Assembly (NCBI GenBank): GCA_022813865.1
Contig: JALDZX010000033.1
Coordinates: 1 to 64,000 of the forward strand
Direction of reading: 5' to 3'
From: Xylographa opegraphella
Taxonomy: Eukaryota
Length of the DNA: 64,000 nt
Shown: one piece after another, positions 22,355 to 35,068 of the stretch
How the letters are laid out: every line of letters begins with the position of its first letter
Position numbering within the stretch: position 1 is the stretch's first letter
Notes under the pieces: generated by a model
Told to the model about the DNA's origin: nothing
The model's input: the letters and a program-made list of their open reading frames with translations, nothing else
Databases searched by the model: none
Translations under genes and position numbers: made by a program

Positions 22355-23509
22355 TTGCACTCTACACCGCTGAACAAAAAGCGTATACAAAATAGGTTTG
22401 AGGTCCTGCAGGAAGAGCTCCTTCAGACTATTCTCGCTCATCTTTGATCAATCATGTTCAGGCATGAAATGGAACGCAACGCTTACAGCATTGTCAGCTT
22501 CACCACGAACTCTAGAGCGAGCCTGATCGCAGCAACACTGGGCGGAGTCAGGTCGTGGCAGTACCACTCGCATTCACGGACACAGCACATATGCTCAATC
22601 ACTGCCTGATACATTGGCAGACTGCGTGATTCAAGCTCAACCAGCATAGATAAACGAGAAACATTTTGAGATCGGCACGGAGTGAATGTGGATATGAAAA
22701 GGGGGAAGTTGACGGGTAACGCGATATCAATAAAATTCTCTGCGTCAATATCCCATTATTGTACTACCTAGTCCGTTATACAGCAATCCGTCTAGTATTC
22801 GATAGACTGCACCGCTGTAAGCATAAGCCATAAAATAAGTCGCTGTTTCGGAGTCGAGACCACGTCGTAGGGCTGTCCAGTGTCTCATAAAGCGTCTGAG
22901 CCGGCACGAAAAAGACAACAGAACGATATGTGTGGTAATTCCGATGCATCATAGGCCCATAGTGGACCGAAGAACAATTGGAAGATGACGCTGCAAAATA
23001 AGAGGAGCATGTATGGTATCACACAACGAGGCGGTGTCAGAACTTCCAGTGGTGTGAAGCGGCGATCCGGAAGCGAGGATCTCCGAGAAGGCTGCATCTA
23101 CTTCGTACGCTGCATTCGGGCCTGTTGCATGGCGCGCCATTTAACGCCTTCGTCCATGTCATCGGTCATCAGTTGCTGGTGCATACCTTAGTACCGTACG
23201 GCAAAACCGCCACTTCTCATCCCTCCACCACTCCACTACGAAGTACCTACCTTATGGTACAACGAAGTACTAACCGACCTTGGAACTGGCCGCACTAAGG
23301 TGAACTAGATATCCTACTCCGTAAGCTCTCCGACTTCATGCGCACTCGCGGATGACCCTCAGCCTCCACATAACCACCACGCTCCGAATCTGGATCCCTT
23401 GCCATCTTCGTGAGAGGATCCATATGAATTGCCTGTCGCGGCCTCGTTCCTCAGAATCAACACTTATCCTGCGCATTCTCCGAACCTCGCGACGGTGATC
23501 GTCAAAGTC

Positions 23510-25303
23510 ATGGCTTCCACTCTGATCTGGTACTCGCTCGCAACAGCACTGGCCATACTATCATCTCTCTCCCTATCTTGCGCTCAGATAGTTAGTCCTT
23601 CAAATGGATCATTACCGGTTGATCCGAACTCGCCGCAACTTGTCTTGAATTCGAAGACAAACGGCATGCAGACCATGTATGATATCGACCCACTCACCCC
23701 ACAGGCAGGATTGGGGAATACCGTGGCTGTCTTACAGGTATTTCAACCGGGGCTGCACCGTAAGGCCCCGTAAGGCCCCGTGTTTGGCTAACCTTCCTCC
23801 AGAACATCAAAATCACTGGTAATCTCGTCCTCATCAATTCCACGAATGTCAACAGTCTGGAGCAAGGCCAGCTTGCGTATATCAGTTGCGATCCCTATAT
23901 GTATCCTGGAAACATCAACTCGGCACAAACCGTGCAGATGGCAGCTTCCAAACTGGAGTCCCAGAACTGTAATGTCCAGGAAACCTGCAACGGAGGAGCT
24001 ATAATACTGTACAGCACCACATCGACCTTTTGCACATTCTCACAGGGTGACTTCGCATACACATCCATGTATACAATCACCAACTCAAGCGTCTCAAGCA
24101 ACCTAATCAGCGCCCTTACCGCGCAAGGTCCCGCGGGTGCTCAGACCACCATCCTCTTGGATCCGTCCTCCCTCAACAATAGTACGGCTCAGCAGCCGAC
24201 TTTGGGCCAGTCTCCAACCACTGCAGTTGCGATGATAATTTTGTACAGCATCACGGGTATCATCACCGCTCTCTTTCTCACGATCATCTTTACCGGGGCT
24301 ATTCGAGCACATCGTCACCCCGAGAGGTACGGCCCAAGGAATTTAGTTGGAAGACCCAGGCAGACTAGAGCCAAAGGTATTGCCAGAGCCATGCTGGAGG
24401 CATTACCGATTGTAAAATTTGGAGAGCAGGATTCTGATGCGAATAAGAATGTTCCAAGTGAGCGAGATGTCGAGCTCGCTCAGACAGCACATCACGGGGC
24501 GGCGACAATCCCCGCTACTGCTTCAGGGGACGAAAGAGACAACCCTGAAATTGAAGCACCCAAGAAAGAAGAAGGTGAGATGCGTGGCGATACAGTCAAG
24601 ACTGAGGCAGCTCAAGGTCATGTAGCTGGAAATGGCGAGGAGAAATCCGAAACTGGCTTGACCTGTTCTGTATGCACGGATGAATTCATCAAGGGTCAGA
24701 ATGTTCGAGTGCTTCCATGCAATCACCAATTCCATCCAGAGTGCATTGATCCTTGGCTGCTTAATGTTTCGGGCACGTGTCCACTATGGTATGTCCGCAT
24801 TGGAAATTTAGCACCATCCAGTCCAGGATGCTAACGTCTTTTACAGTCGTGTCGATCTTCGGCCTACCACTTCGCCTCTGGGCGAGCTTGATAGCGGTCA
24901 AGAGTTGTCACCCAATCCTTATCTGGCCGAAAACCCAGAAGTGATCAATGGCGAAGTGCCCTGGCTTGCGACCGATTTGGCCGGCAGTAGTCCTGAAGTT
25001 ACTGCCGCGAATCGTCGAAGTAATGGCCTGTCTCTATATGTCAATCATACGCTGAACCTTCGTCGTATGCGAAATGCCACTCCCGAAGAGAGACTGGATG
25101 CCTTGAGACGGATTCGTACCGTCAATCGAGCAAACGACGCCAATGCTGAGGGGAGCGATCGAGCAAGGACTCGGGTTGGTTCAAGATTGAGCCGCTTACT
25201 AGGCGGTCCCCAGGTAGATACAACAGATACCGTCGGGGCAGAAGTGGGCAATGCTCCATCTGCTCCTGCTTCTAGCGTATTAAGATACCGTCCGTTACCA
25301 TGA
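23510..25303 (+). CDS. transmembrane RING-H2 E3 ubiquitin ligase (signal peptide, lumenal PA-like region, TM, RING)
   Basis: N-terminal signal peptide, TM AVAMIILYSITGIITALFLTIIFTGAIRAHRHPERYGPR, and RING-H2 CSVCTDEF..RVLPCNHQFHPECIDPWL..TCPL|CRVDL. Two introns. Confidence 0.9.
23758..23781 (+). repeat. 10-bp tandem duplication in intron 1 of the RING gene
   Basis: ccgtaaggcc ccgtaaggcc ccgt, read directly from the sequence. Confidence 0.7.
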
Positions 25304-25974
25304 TCGACCACGTTAACGGCATTTATGGGCATTTACGGGGATTACTTCTCGGTACGACTACGACGCAGCGATGTTCTTCATGTCATTTGTGTACAGATAA
25401 GCGCAGGTGTTATAAGGGGGCTGGACTGGTTGGTCACAGGTGCTGGTACTTCTATTGCAGAGCTTCGTATTATGGTGGGTCATAAGCACGAATATACTGA
25501 GATATCACGCGCGTACAATCGTGACGATGTATAAAACTCGATCTGTTGCTTCAGAACCAATGATTGTGCGTTATGAGGCAGAAGTTGTATCCAAGGTATA
25601 CAGGGTGGGTACCTAGTGTAAGATACGTACGGACAGGGAAATTAATGATCAACGAGACCCTGCCCAGCCCGCTAGCTTTATCTGGCGCCGGAAACCCGGG
25701 CAGTCAGGTTCTTTGTGGCCAAGACCCATAGCTACTTCGTAATTCTAGTTAGCGGACAAATTTATTGAGATCTTTTGTCGCGGCAACATTTTGCGATTCT
25801 GATTCAGTGATAAAACCACGCAGGTAATTGAGCATCAATAGTAACCAATCCCAGGGATCATCCAGAAGTGGTGCTTGACTTCGATTCTACGTTTCACCCA
25901 GATCTCGCCAGCTTCCTCTGGTTTTTTTGCAGAACACTTTCCTGGCGATGTGCGAAAGAGATTACTAAAAAGAG

Positions 25975-28900
25975 ATGAAAAGAGCGCTGGTTTGCACAAC
26001 CTACAATTCCGTCAAGCTGGCCGTATGAACACCACTAATGTCATGGTTTCCAGGCCCTTCGAGTGCGAGCTATGCCAGCAACAATCAGTCGTCTTGAGGA
26101 CAGCCTCATACCGGAGTGGAGGAGGGGTGACAGAGGACAACAAAAGGCTTATTCTACCAGTCAGGACTCTGCTTTACCGAATCGGAATGATCTCCCGCCC
26201 AGACTGATAGGTGACACTTCTCTTGGAAAGCAGCAAAATGGGAATGCTTTTCAAAAGAATCATTCTCGGTCACCCATGAATCCCCAGATCAACTCTTACC
26301 AAGGACCCGCCCATCAACAGCAAGATCGCGTTGATTCCACTTCCCGGTCGCCTTGGCAGCGGCAAAGACCAGTGAATAACGTGATGGCATCCGGAAAACG
26401 TAAAGCCGGCTTAGCGGCGAGGACACCATCTGCCCGTCGAAGAAGAATGGATTACAGCAACACAGAAGCCTCTCATAACCTTCCAGACGTGGAACATTTA
26501 CGTCACACGATGGATCTCCCTACCAAAAGCGAATATCCCAGTCTTCCTGACGGCCTTCTTGATTCTCCGAAGTCCGTGTTACACAATGCCACCCAGGGCC
26601 TGATGAAACTCCATTCGACATTCTCCGTCGCAGGCGCATCACATTTTGAGTGCCAGGTGTCCTGTACGATCGCTGGCACAGACACTCTTGAAGTGTTCGG
26701 GGCGGGCGTTAATAAAGTATAGTCTGCTCAATACTTGGGACGTACGGACTTGCTGACTTCAATTAGAAATCTGCAGAGCAAGCCGCATATATCTATCTGC
26801 TGGCTAAGCTTCACAAAGATGGTGTATTGAAGGGATGGTTTGGAGTCAGCCATGAACAGGAGATCGATAAGGAGACTTTGAAAGAGGAACGAGATGCTAA
26901 GCTCGATATATATAACTATGCGGCCAGATATGGTTGTGTACCACAGATAAGCATGAAGAAATTGTCCGTTGCTCCCCCAAGGTTACGAAGGCGGCACCAA
27001 AAGAGTTCTAAAAAGGCTGTGGAGGTTACTGTGGAATTGCCTGAGCAGAGTATCAAAGTATCAAGTCTAGGGCAAAATCTAGTCACTGCCGAAATTGCTG
27101 CCGCTATCAAATTCAAGCAAGAGGCAGAGAAATACCATGCTCAGCAAGGGACTGATTCACTTGTGATCAAAGACTTCACCGCTCTCAACGTGGACAACGC
27201 GCGTAGCTTCTTCGAATTCTACAAGATCATTGATCCGGGGGTCAAGATTGATGTGGCAACTATTATGCGCGACGAATATAAATCTTTTGGCGGATCCTCT
27301 ATCGAGGCAACTGTTCTCCTAGACGACAAGGCTATTGGTGAGCCGGTACTTATGAGCACCAAAAAGAAAGCAGAAGACCTAGCCTACCTCACGGCGGCTA
27401 TCGAGTTGACGAAAAAGGATTCAACAATATTGCCTCGATTCTTCAAAGCACTTCGCTCTGGCAACGGAGAGATTTTACGACCCGTGAAGCCGATGGATAT
27501 GTCTGTTGACGATGACTGCATACTGCTGATGCGAGATACGTTGCTGAATGCCCGTCGACTTGGACTGACTGATGAACAAGAGGATCTTCAGTCAGACGCA
27601 GAAGCAACGGAGACAAGAAAAGGTCGGTTTCGTAGGCTGCTCGGTCTTGTTGAAGTTGAACAACGCTCGATACAGCTCGAGAGGTCCTATAGGGAGTACC
27701 TCCAAAACCCGGAATTGAAAGAACTTCGAAGGAAGCGAGAAGAATTGCCTATGAATCAGTTCCGTGCAAAGGTTCTGGATATAGTGAGTAACAATACTTA
27801 TAGCATTATCATCGGTGCAACAGGAAGCGGAAAAACTACCCAAGTCCCACAAATAATCCTAGAACAAGCGATTCAAGACCATCAAGCAGCAAAGTGTAAC
27901 ATAATATGTACTCAACCTCGCAGGATAGCGGCAACTTCTGTTGCAAGACGTGTTGCCGAGGAGCGTGCAGAGAAACTTCAACAAACTGTGGGGTATCATG
28001 TACGATTCGATGCCAAGTTACCTCAAGTCGGTGGTAGCATGACTTACTGTACGACGGGCATTCTCCTGCAGCAATTACAGCATTCTCCAGACGAAGTACT
28101 TGACAGTACTTCTCATTTGATTGTTGATGAGGTCCACGAGCGAGACATGCAAATCGACTTCCTTCTTATCATCTTGAAGAAAGTTATGACGCGACGTATC
28201 CGGGATGGGAAGCCAACGCCGAAGGTAGTCCTTATGAGCGCGACCATGGACGCCGATCTCTTTGCATCTTACTTCGAGAACACTAACCTTCAAGGCTTAA
28301 CCTCTGGATGTCCCACGCTGAGCGTGCCTGGGAGAACATTCCCAGTGAAGGAGCAGCATCTTGAGCACATACTTGCAACGCTTGACAAGGAGTACGGATC
28401 TTCCAAGCTTCAAGCGATGTATTCCGATGTAGCCACAAGAGATTACTTTGAAGTAGAAAAGAATCATGCCAAGGAGAACCCTTTAAAGGCAAGTGGCAGT
28501 GTCGATGTAGATCTGGTAGACGAAGGGGAGTCTATCATCGATTGGAAACGAGCTCGCGTCATATCTTCTGATGGCGAGGTCGTGGTGTCCAACGAGCGAG
28601 ATGATGGTCTGGTACCAGTTGGACTAGTTGCTACCATCATCGCGCACATTGCTCGAAGCACTGAGGAGGGAGCGATTCTGGTATTTCTCCCTGGTCTAGA
28701 AGAAATGGTAAAAGTGGACGACCTCTTGCGTAACGGCGGCTTGCTTGGGATCGACTTTCGAGATGAGTCCAAGTATAAGATGTATATGTTGCACTCATCA
28801 ATCGCCGCCGGACAGAATGAGGTCTTTGATAAAGTTCCTGCGAGATGCCGAAAAATTATCCTGGGCACCAACATAGCTGAAACGTCTATCACGATTCCAG

Positions 28901-30342
28901 ATGTCCAATATGTAGTCGATACAGGGAAATTACGAGAAAAACAGTATGATCAATTGAGACGAATCACCAAGCTTCAGTGTACGTGGATAAGCAAGTCCAA
29001 CTCCAAGCAACGAGCGGGCCGGGCAGGGAGAGTACAGAATGGGCACTATTACGCTCTATTTTCCAAACAGCGATACGAATCCATGAGGGCCATCGGTCTA
29101 CCAGAGCTCCTACGAGCAGATCTTCAGGAGACTTGTTTGGATATCAAAGCCCAAGCGTTCAGAACTCCGATCCGGGAATTTCTTGCCGAGGCTATCGAAC
29201 CACCGGCACCGTCAGCCGTAAATTCTGCAGTTCTAAACTTGCAGGCTCTTGATGCTTTGACTGATGATGAAAAGCTCACTCCGCTGGGAAGGCTTCTGGC
29301 CTCATTACCAGTTCATCCAGCACTCGGTAAGATGATTGTCCTCGGTGTGATATTCCGGTGTCTCGATCCGATGCTTCTACTTGGTGCTGCCGCAGAAGAG
29401 AGGAATCTCTTTCTCAATCCCCTAGGCCGTCGGACTGAAGCCGCAGCTGCAAAAGAATCCTTTGTTCAGGGTTCAGGAAGCGATCACGTGGCCTTATTGA
29501 ATGCATTTCGAGAAATGCGCCAGATTCGAGATTCTACCGGCCCAAGTGCTCTTTGGGATTACGCAAATCGCAACTATCTTCACCAGGGAGCTTTCAGGTC
29601 AATCGACAGCACTGCAAAACAGATCGAAGAGATTCTTGTCGATGCCAAGCTTATCCCTTACACGCCTCCACACGCGCGGCGCAACTATGAGTACGGCGAT
29701 CCCGTGCTCAACGAGAATTCCTCGAAAACTCATGTCATCAAGGCACTTGCGCTCGCTGGTTTACATCCTAATCTCGCCGTCGCAGCAGGTGGTCGTGTGC
29801 TACGCACACGTGGGGAGAAGGCAACTATCCTTCACCCATCCTCCGTGAACGTCAGCAAGAGCGATAGAGAAGGCCTCAGATACGGTGCTCTCCTGTTCTA
29901 CAGTACCATGGCGAAGTCCAATGACGGCCGCTCCTTGTTTCTGAGGGACACCTCGGAGTCCACGCCCTTGATAGTCACCCTCTTCGGTGGCCGCTTACAG
30001 AACCCTCGTAATAGTAATCGCATCCTTGAAGTAGATGAGTGGCTGTCGTTTTATGTCAAGAGCGACGACCGTCGGGCTGTCAAGACGATTATTGAATTCC
30101 GCAAAGCGCTAGAGCGACTGTTGACTGGCGCATTTGGAGATTTATCGAGTAAGCGCTTCTTAGCTGAGGATCCAGTGAGGCAATGTTTTGCTGAGGGCTT
30201 AGTGGAGGTGCTCGGAAGAGACATCAGGTTAGGGGAGAAGACCATGGGGCAGGGGTGGGGCAGAAGGCCGCAAGAATCCAGTGCTAGATTTGAGAGGAGC
30301 CCTATGAGTGGCGGGTCGAGGTGGGCGAATGGGAGAATATAG
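25975..30342 (+). CDS. DEAH/RHA-family ATP-dependent RNA helicase (DHX30/DHX36/DHX57-like)
   Basis: Motifs GATGSGKTTQVPQ, CTQPRRIAA, DEVH, MSAT, LVFLPG, TNIAETSITI and QRAGRAGR, followed by HA2/OB-fold-like regions. N-terminal dsRBD-like segment (PKSVLHN...GAGVNK|KSAEQAAY). The start at 25975 (MKRAL|ALRVRA) is inferred. Confidence 0.92.
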
Positions 30343-30644
30343 GAAATAGTACGAGTATGGCGGACAGGCGTGCATATAGATGGAGTTCTTGGCAAGACTC
30401 TGCAGCAGCACTGTCGGCTATACAACTGTCAAAAGCATGTAATATTCAAAGAATGGAGGTAGCCTATAGGTACTGGCTGGTGGGATACCTTAATCCTCTC
30501 TTCTTTAACAGCTACACAGCTTCGTATCGATCTTCCAACTCGTATGTACAAAAGTTAATGCTGCGATTCAATTCATCGGAGCAGTAGTGCTCTAAGCTTT
30601 ATACCATTGTCTACCATCTGTTTCCAATTCGCCGTGATTCCGCC

Positions 30645-32816
30645 TTAAAAGTTTGGTGAGAGCAGGTCATATCTGACGCATCGTTCAACCTAAAAGGCGT
30701 CAGTAGGAGCTCTCACATTTCTCCTTTTGTAAAGCAAGGTACAAGGGGTTACCCACATCCTCTACTGATGCTCTCAATATACCTCTCGCCTCTAAGCCAA
30801 CCCACACCTTCAGCATCGAAAAGTCTCCCTCCCTCACGCTTTGTAGCAGCGATCGTCCACCTCCCTGGGCGCCAAGCTGCCGCAATATCGGCAGGGCGCT
30901 TTTGAACAAGTCTAAATCCGGATCCAAGTTCCGGCCGATGCCTTCGAGCAGCAGAATGCTAATAACCACATTCACGAAGTCGCCTTCCATCCTGACATGG
31001 TGCTGTCGTACCATACCCAACACCTCGTTGAGCACATCGCCGATCTTGATATTTCCAAGCGCGAAAGTTTTGCTCTTGACACCGAGAACGAGATGCTGCA
31101 TCTTGAGCGCGAAGTGCTCCGCGTCGATCACAGCATCAGGCTGCCGGCAGCGATCAACCATTAGGTGTCCGGCGCGGTAGCCATCAAATTCGGCAATCGC
31201 ACGGAAAAGGTCGAGGAAGTTAGTGCGGTTCGTGGCATTGAGGGCAGTGACGAGCCCAGTATCAATGAAGATGAGCTGCGGGCGATAGCCCTCACTGTCG
31301 AGGTCTTCGAGTGCGGCACGCCATGCAGCCGGGTGGTGTCTGTGCGGACTGAGCTTCAGCAGAACTTGTTCCGTCACATCGGTGGCGTGGCTGGGTTCTG
31401 AAGACTGCTTGTGCCGCCCAAACGCCAGAGAGAGTTGCTCCGGCTTGTAGAAGCGCACCATGATATTACCGGGATGGAGATCCGCGTGGACAAAATTGTC
31501 GATTAAGAGCATGTGAAGGAAAGCGTCGAGGCCTTCGTCGGCGATTGCTTGCTGGAAAGGCCCGCCTCCATCTTCGAGGAAGGCGTCGAAGGGAATGCCA
31601 GAAGCAAACTCTTCGACGAGTACTTCACGGGTGGTATATTCAGTGTATGGATAGGGAAAAGAGGCTGTGGAACGGTCTTTAAAATTCTTGCGAAACATAG
31701 TCAAATTAGCAGCTTCGATGCGCAGGTCGAGCTGCAAGCGCATCATTTCGCCAAATTGAGCTACTTCGTCAGGGAGCGAAAGCCATTCGATCGTTGGGAT
31801 GGAGTTGAGTACTCTGGCAAAAAATCCCATGATTCGAAGATCGCGGCGAACCACTCGTTCCACGGTGGGGTGAAGGACTTTGATGGCAACATAGGAGGAA
31901 GGCACACGCGAAGGGGTGCTTTTCACGAGGACGTCGACATTTTTACGTACTCGCTGGCGAAGATTAGGAGATTTGTCGTCAATGTCTGGATCCCCAAGGG
32001 CCACGAGATCCGGCTTCAACTTCGCTTTGTAAACTTGAGCAATGGCTCCTACCCCAAGAGGTTTTTCATGAAACTCTTCAAAGATATCTCCGAACGGTCT
32101 GCCGTTAAAAGCCTTCACGATAGTCTTTATCGTAGCATCAAGAGAGTGTGCAGGAGCATTTGAATGGAGAGAGGACATGATAGCGCACATCTCTGTAGGG
32201 AAGATATCTGACCGCGATGCCGCCCATTGCCCGAGCTGAAGAGGACGATTAGCTTACGCCGACTCCTGTTCCCCGATACTTGACATACTTTGATAAATGC
32301 AGGTCCAGCTCGTTCCATCGATCGTACCAAGAATCCGTACCACCATAACGTCCCTCCTCGCTCATTGTCGCGATCTTTGTGCCGCCGCCCAAGCCAGATT
32401 GATGGCACCGTGAGAAAGACTGGCACAAAGATGAACACAAGATGCAGAAATCGGAACCCCGTGGCAAGTGGCTCGTAGATGTATTGGTCTACTACAAACA
32501 CAAATTCCTGCCATAAACGCCCTAGCCCATGCACGCTGTCCGGTATCGTCTTCTTCAACTCCTCCCTCGAAGCCTCCAGCATATGCTCTTCCCCCGTCTT
32601 GCCATCATCGCTGTCTTCCTCGTTCAACTTGATAAATGCGGCAGGTGTCAGAGCGCTCAGAAGGATGGGGGTTGCTATCGTCGGTCTTCGGAACCAATTC
32701 TTTTGTGTGCTTCGAAAAGTACTGAACGAAAGACGATGAGAGCGTATAAGGGATTGGCGAACATACTGGGAACCTTGGCGGCTGCAGGAACGGGCAAGCA
32801 GCCAGACCGTTCTCAT
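30645..32816 (-). CDS. mitochondrial ABC1/UbiB-family atypical kinase (ADCK2 / yeast Ypl109c-like)
   Basis: Arg/Ser-rich presequence. Motifs GPAFIK|LGQWAASRSD, PLGVGAIAQVY, VAIKVLHP, QLDLRIEA, HADLHPGN and IDTGLV. The last exon is VERCVRYDLLSPNF*. Confidence 0.92.
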
Positions 32817-33108
32817 CTTATGCTTACAGTCCTGCAGTTCGAGATCATGGCAGCAGTGCGTAAACTGGTGATCTGTTTACATTAGTTTCTTTCCCTTGTG
32901 ATGTAGTTGCGGCGTAATTTGGGATCCGCCGACGTCATGCCTGGATGCGGAAGCGGCCGAGTCGTCAAACAATTTCGTAGAGTCCGAAGCACCGCATCAG
33001 CACAGTCCACAAATCATACTCAACCTCACCCGTGATCGAGCTTCTCCCGTTCTTAAAAATAACTCATTCTATCTCATCCCAGATTCGAACAGCGACTATA
33101 GCACTTCC

Positions 33109-34152
33109 ATGGGTTGGTTCTGGGCAGAGCAGGCAGCCGCCTGGGTCGCCCCCCATCCATTTCCTAGCTCAAACGCCTCTCCTCCAGTAAGTGAGCGTGT
33201 TACCTATCTACGGGGTCATAACTCACCATATCCATAGTCGGGCTGTCCTATGCATACTTCTACGACCCCCGCTTCTTCGCTTTCACAACCAAAATCATCA
33301 CCGTTTCCTACCAGCGGTTCATGTCCAGTCAAAGCATCAAACAAGCCCATGGCTACAGACGGGCCTGAGTCCTCCACGTTATCTAGACTAAACCCATTGA
33401 ACTATATGCCTTCAAATCTCTCTCAGACTCGTTCGGCGAATCAGACCATTCACCTTCCGGTTGAGCGAGAGATTTCTTCGATACCAAGAGGGGATGCCGA
33501 ATCCAATTGGGAATACCCATCCCCTCAACAGATGTACAATGCCATGTTACGGAAAGGCTACGATGATACACCTCAGGACGCGGTAGAGTCTATGGTCGCT
33601 GTACACAACTTTCTCAACGAAGGCGCATGGGCGGAAATCGTTGAATGGGAGCGGAGATTTAGTAGGGGTCTTGGTTATGGCTGGCAGGCCTGCCGACAAG
33701 GCGAAGAAGGCTCGGTGACCGGAGCAGGAATGATAGCCAGCAAATATGAAGTGCCTCAACCGAGATTGTTACGATTTGAAGGAAGACCAAGTGACATCAC
33801 GCCCAAGGCGAGGATCCTACAGATGCTAGGTCAAATCTACCCTTCGAAATTCGGGTAAGCGACCTTGGTTCAGCTGTTCGTGCCATATACTAATGCAAGT
33901 AGTGGTGAGCCGCCTTTTGATCGGCATGATTGGTATGTGCAGAGACAGATTGCTCCGGGTCTGCCACGCGAGGTTCGATATGTCATCGACTATTATTCAG
34001 GTCCTCCAGAACCTACAGGAGAGCCAGTGTTCTATCTTGACGTTAGGCCCGCAGTGGACCGACCAACAGCAGCAGCCGAAAGGTTGATGCGATGGGGCGG
34101 TGATGTGTGGTATAGGGCAAGCGGCGCATCAGCTCGACAGCAGGCATCATGA
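33109..34152 (+). CDS. CYC3: cytochrome c heme lyase (holocytochrome c synthase)
   Basis: N-terminus MGWFWA, heme-regulatory motifs CPMH and CPV, then [33 protein letters not shown] and RYVIDYY. Two introns. Confidence 0.93.
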
Positions 34153-35068
34153 TAATCAGCGGCATAATGTATTGGAGTAAGGTGTACATTCATGCTGCTT
34201 TGCTACATTGGGTTTCTCCAACCTTTTCTCCACTGGGCTTCGTATTCGGTGTTATTAAATGCTTCATCGGCCGATCTACGGGTGGAGGTCTCTATAATCT
34301 AATACGTCGATTTACATGATCAAACATGCATTGATAGTAACTTTTATCTTTCTATTCAACCTCGCCACTCCCGTTCTTAAAATTGAATGCTACTGCTTCT
34401 ATCACAATATCACTTTTCGAGATACACACACGTTCATCCGACTTCTCAGCTAAGTTGTTGGGGCCGGAATTTGACTCCATAAACGGCATTCATATTCAGC
34501 TCATATAGAGTACTGAATCCTTGGTACAGATGGCGATGCATGGAAAGCATAATATATTCAATCAAAAATCTAGCAGCACATAAACCAATTCATCATCATT
34601 AGATCCAATATTTGACATGTTGATAACCCGAGAACGCTCCTCTACCACCTGCCTCTCCTTTGGTAGACCTCGTCTTTCATAAGGGGCGTAAAATGGATTG
34701 GCTGCAGTTTTCCAGGCTCTCTCTATCACTACAGCCACTGAACTCATACACCAAAACCAAGTCGTTCAAAAATAGAGAATTGTGTCCACAAGGGCGTCGC
34801 GGCAATACGTAAATACGTTGTAAGTGAATTGCGATTGGACCCTGAAAGATGCCTTGTACATTGTATGTGTAGCAGCATGACCGCCAACGGGCCTGATAAT
34901 AGATAGGCCAGCGAATTGCAATGCTTTCTCTCGCATTGGGATTTCTAGGACTAAAATGTCCTACCTACGACTTCAATTTGTGACTCAATTGGGCAGTTGG
35001 CAATCGCCTAGGACATCCGACTTTCTATATTATTGTAATCGTAAATAGCTTTCTCTGCATATCCACTG

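Noticed and set aside
31513..32163. 216-aa plus-strand ORF, and similar long antisense ORFs at 56008-56703 and 57362-58069
   Set aside because: They lie fully opposite well-supported genes and show no recognisable motifs.
34562..34747. 61-aa minus-strand ORF between CYC3 and the CENP-P-like gene
   Set aside because: Short, with no motif or splice support. I cannot distinguish it from a chance ORF.
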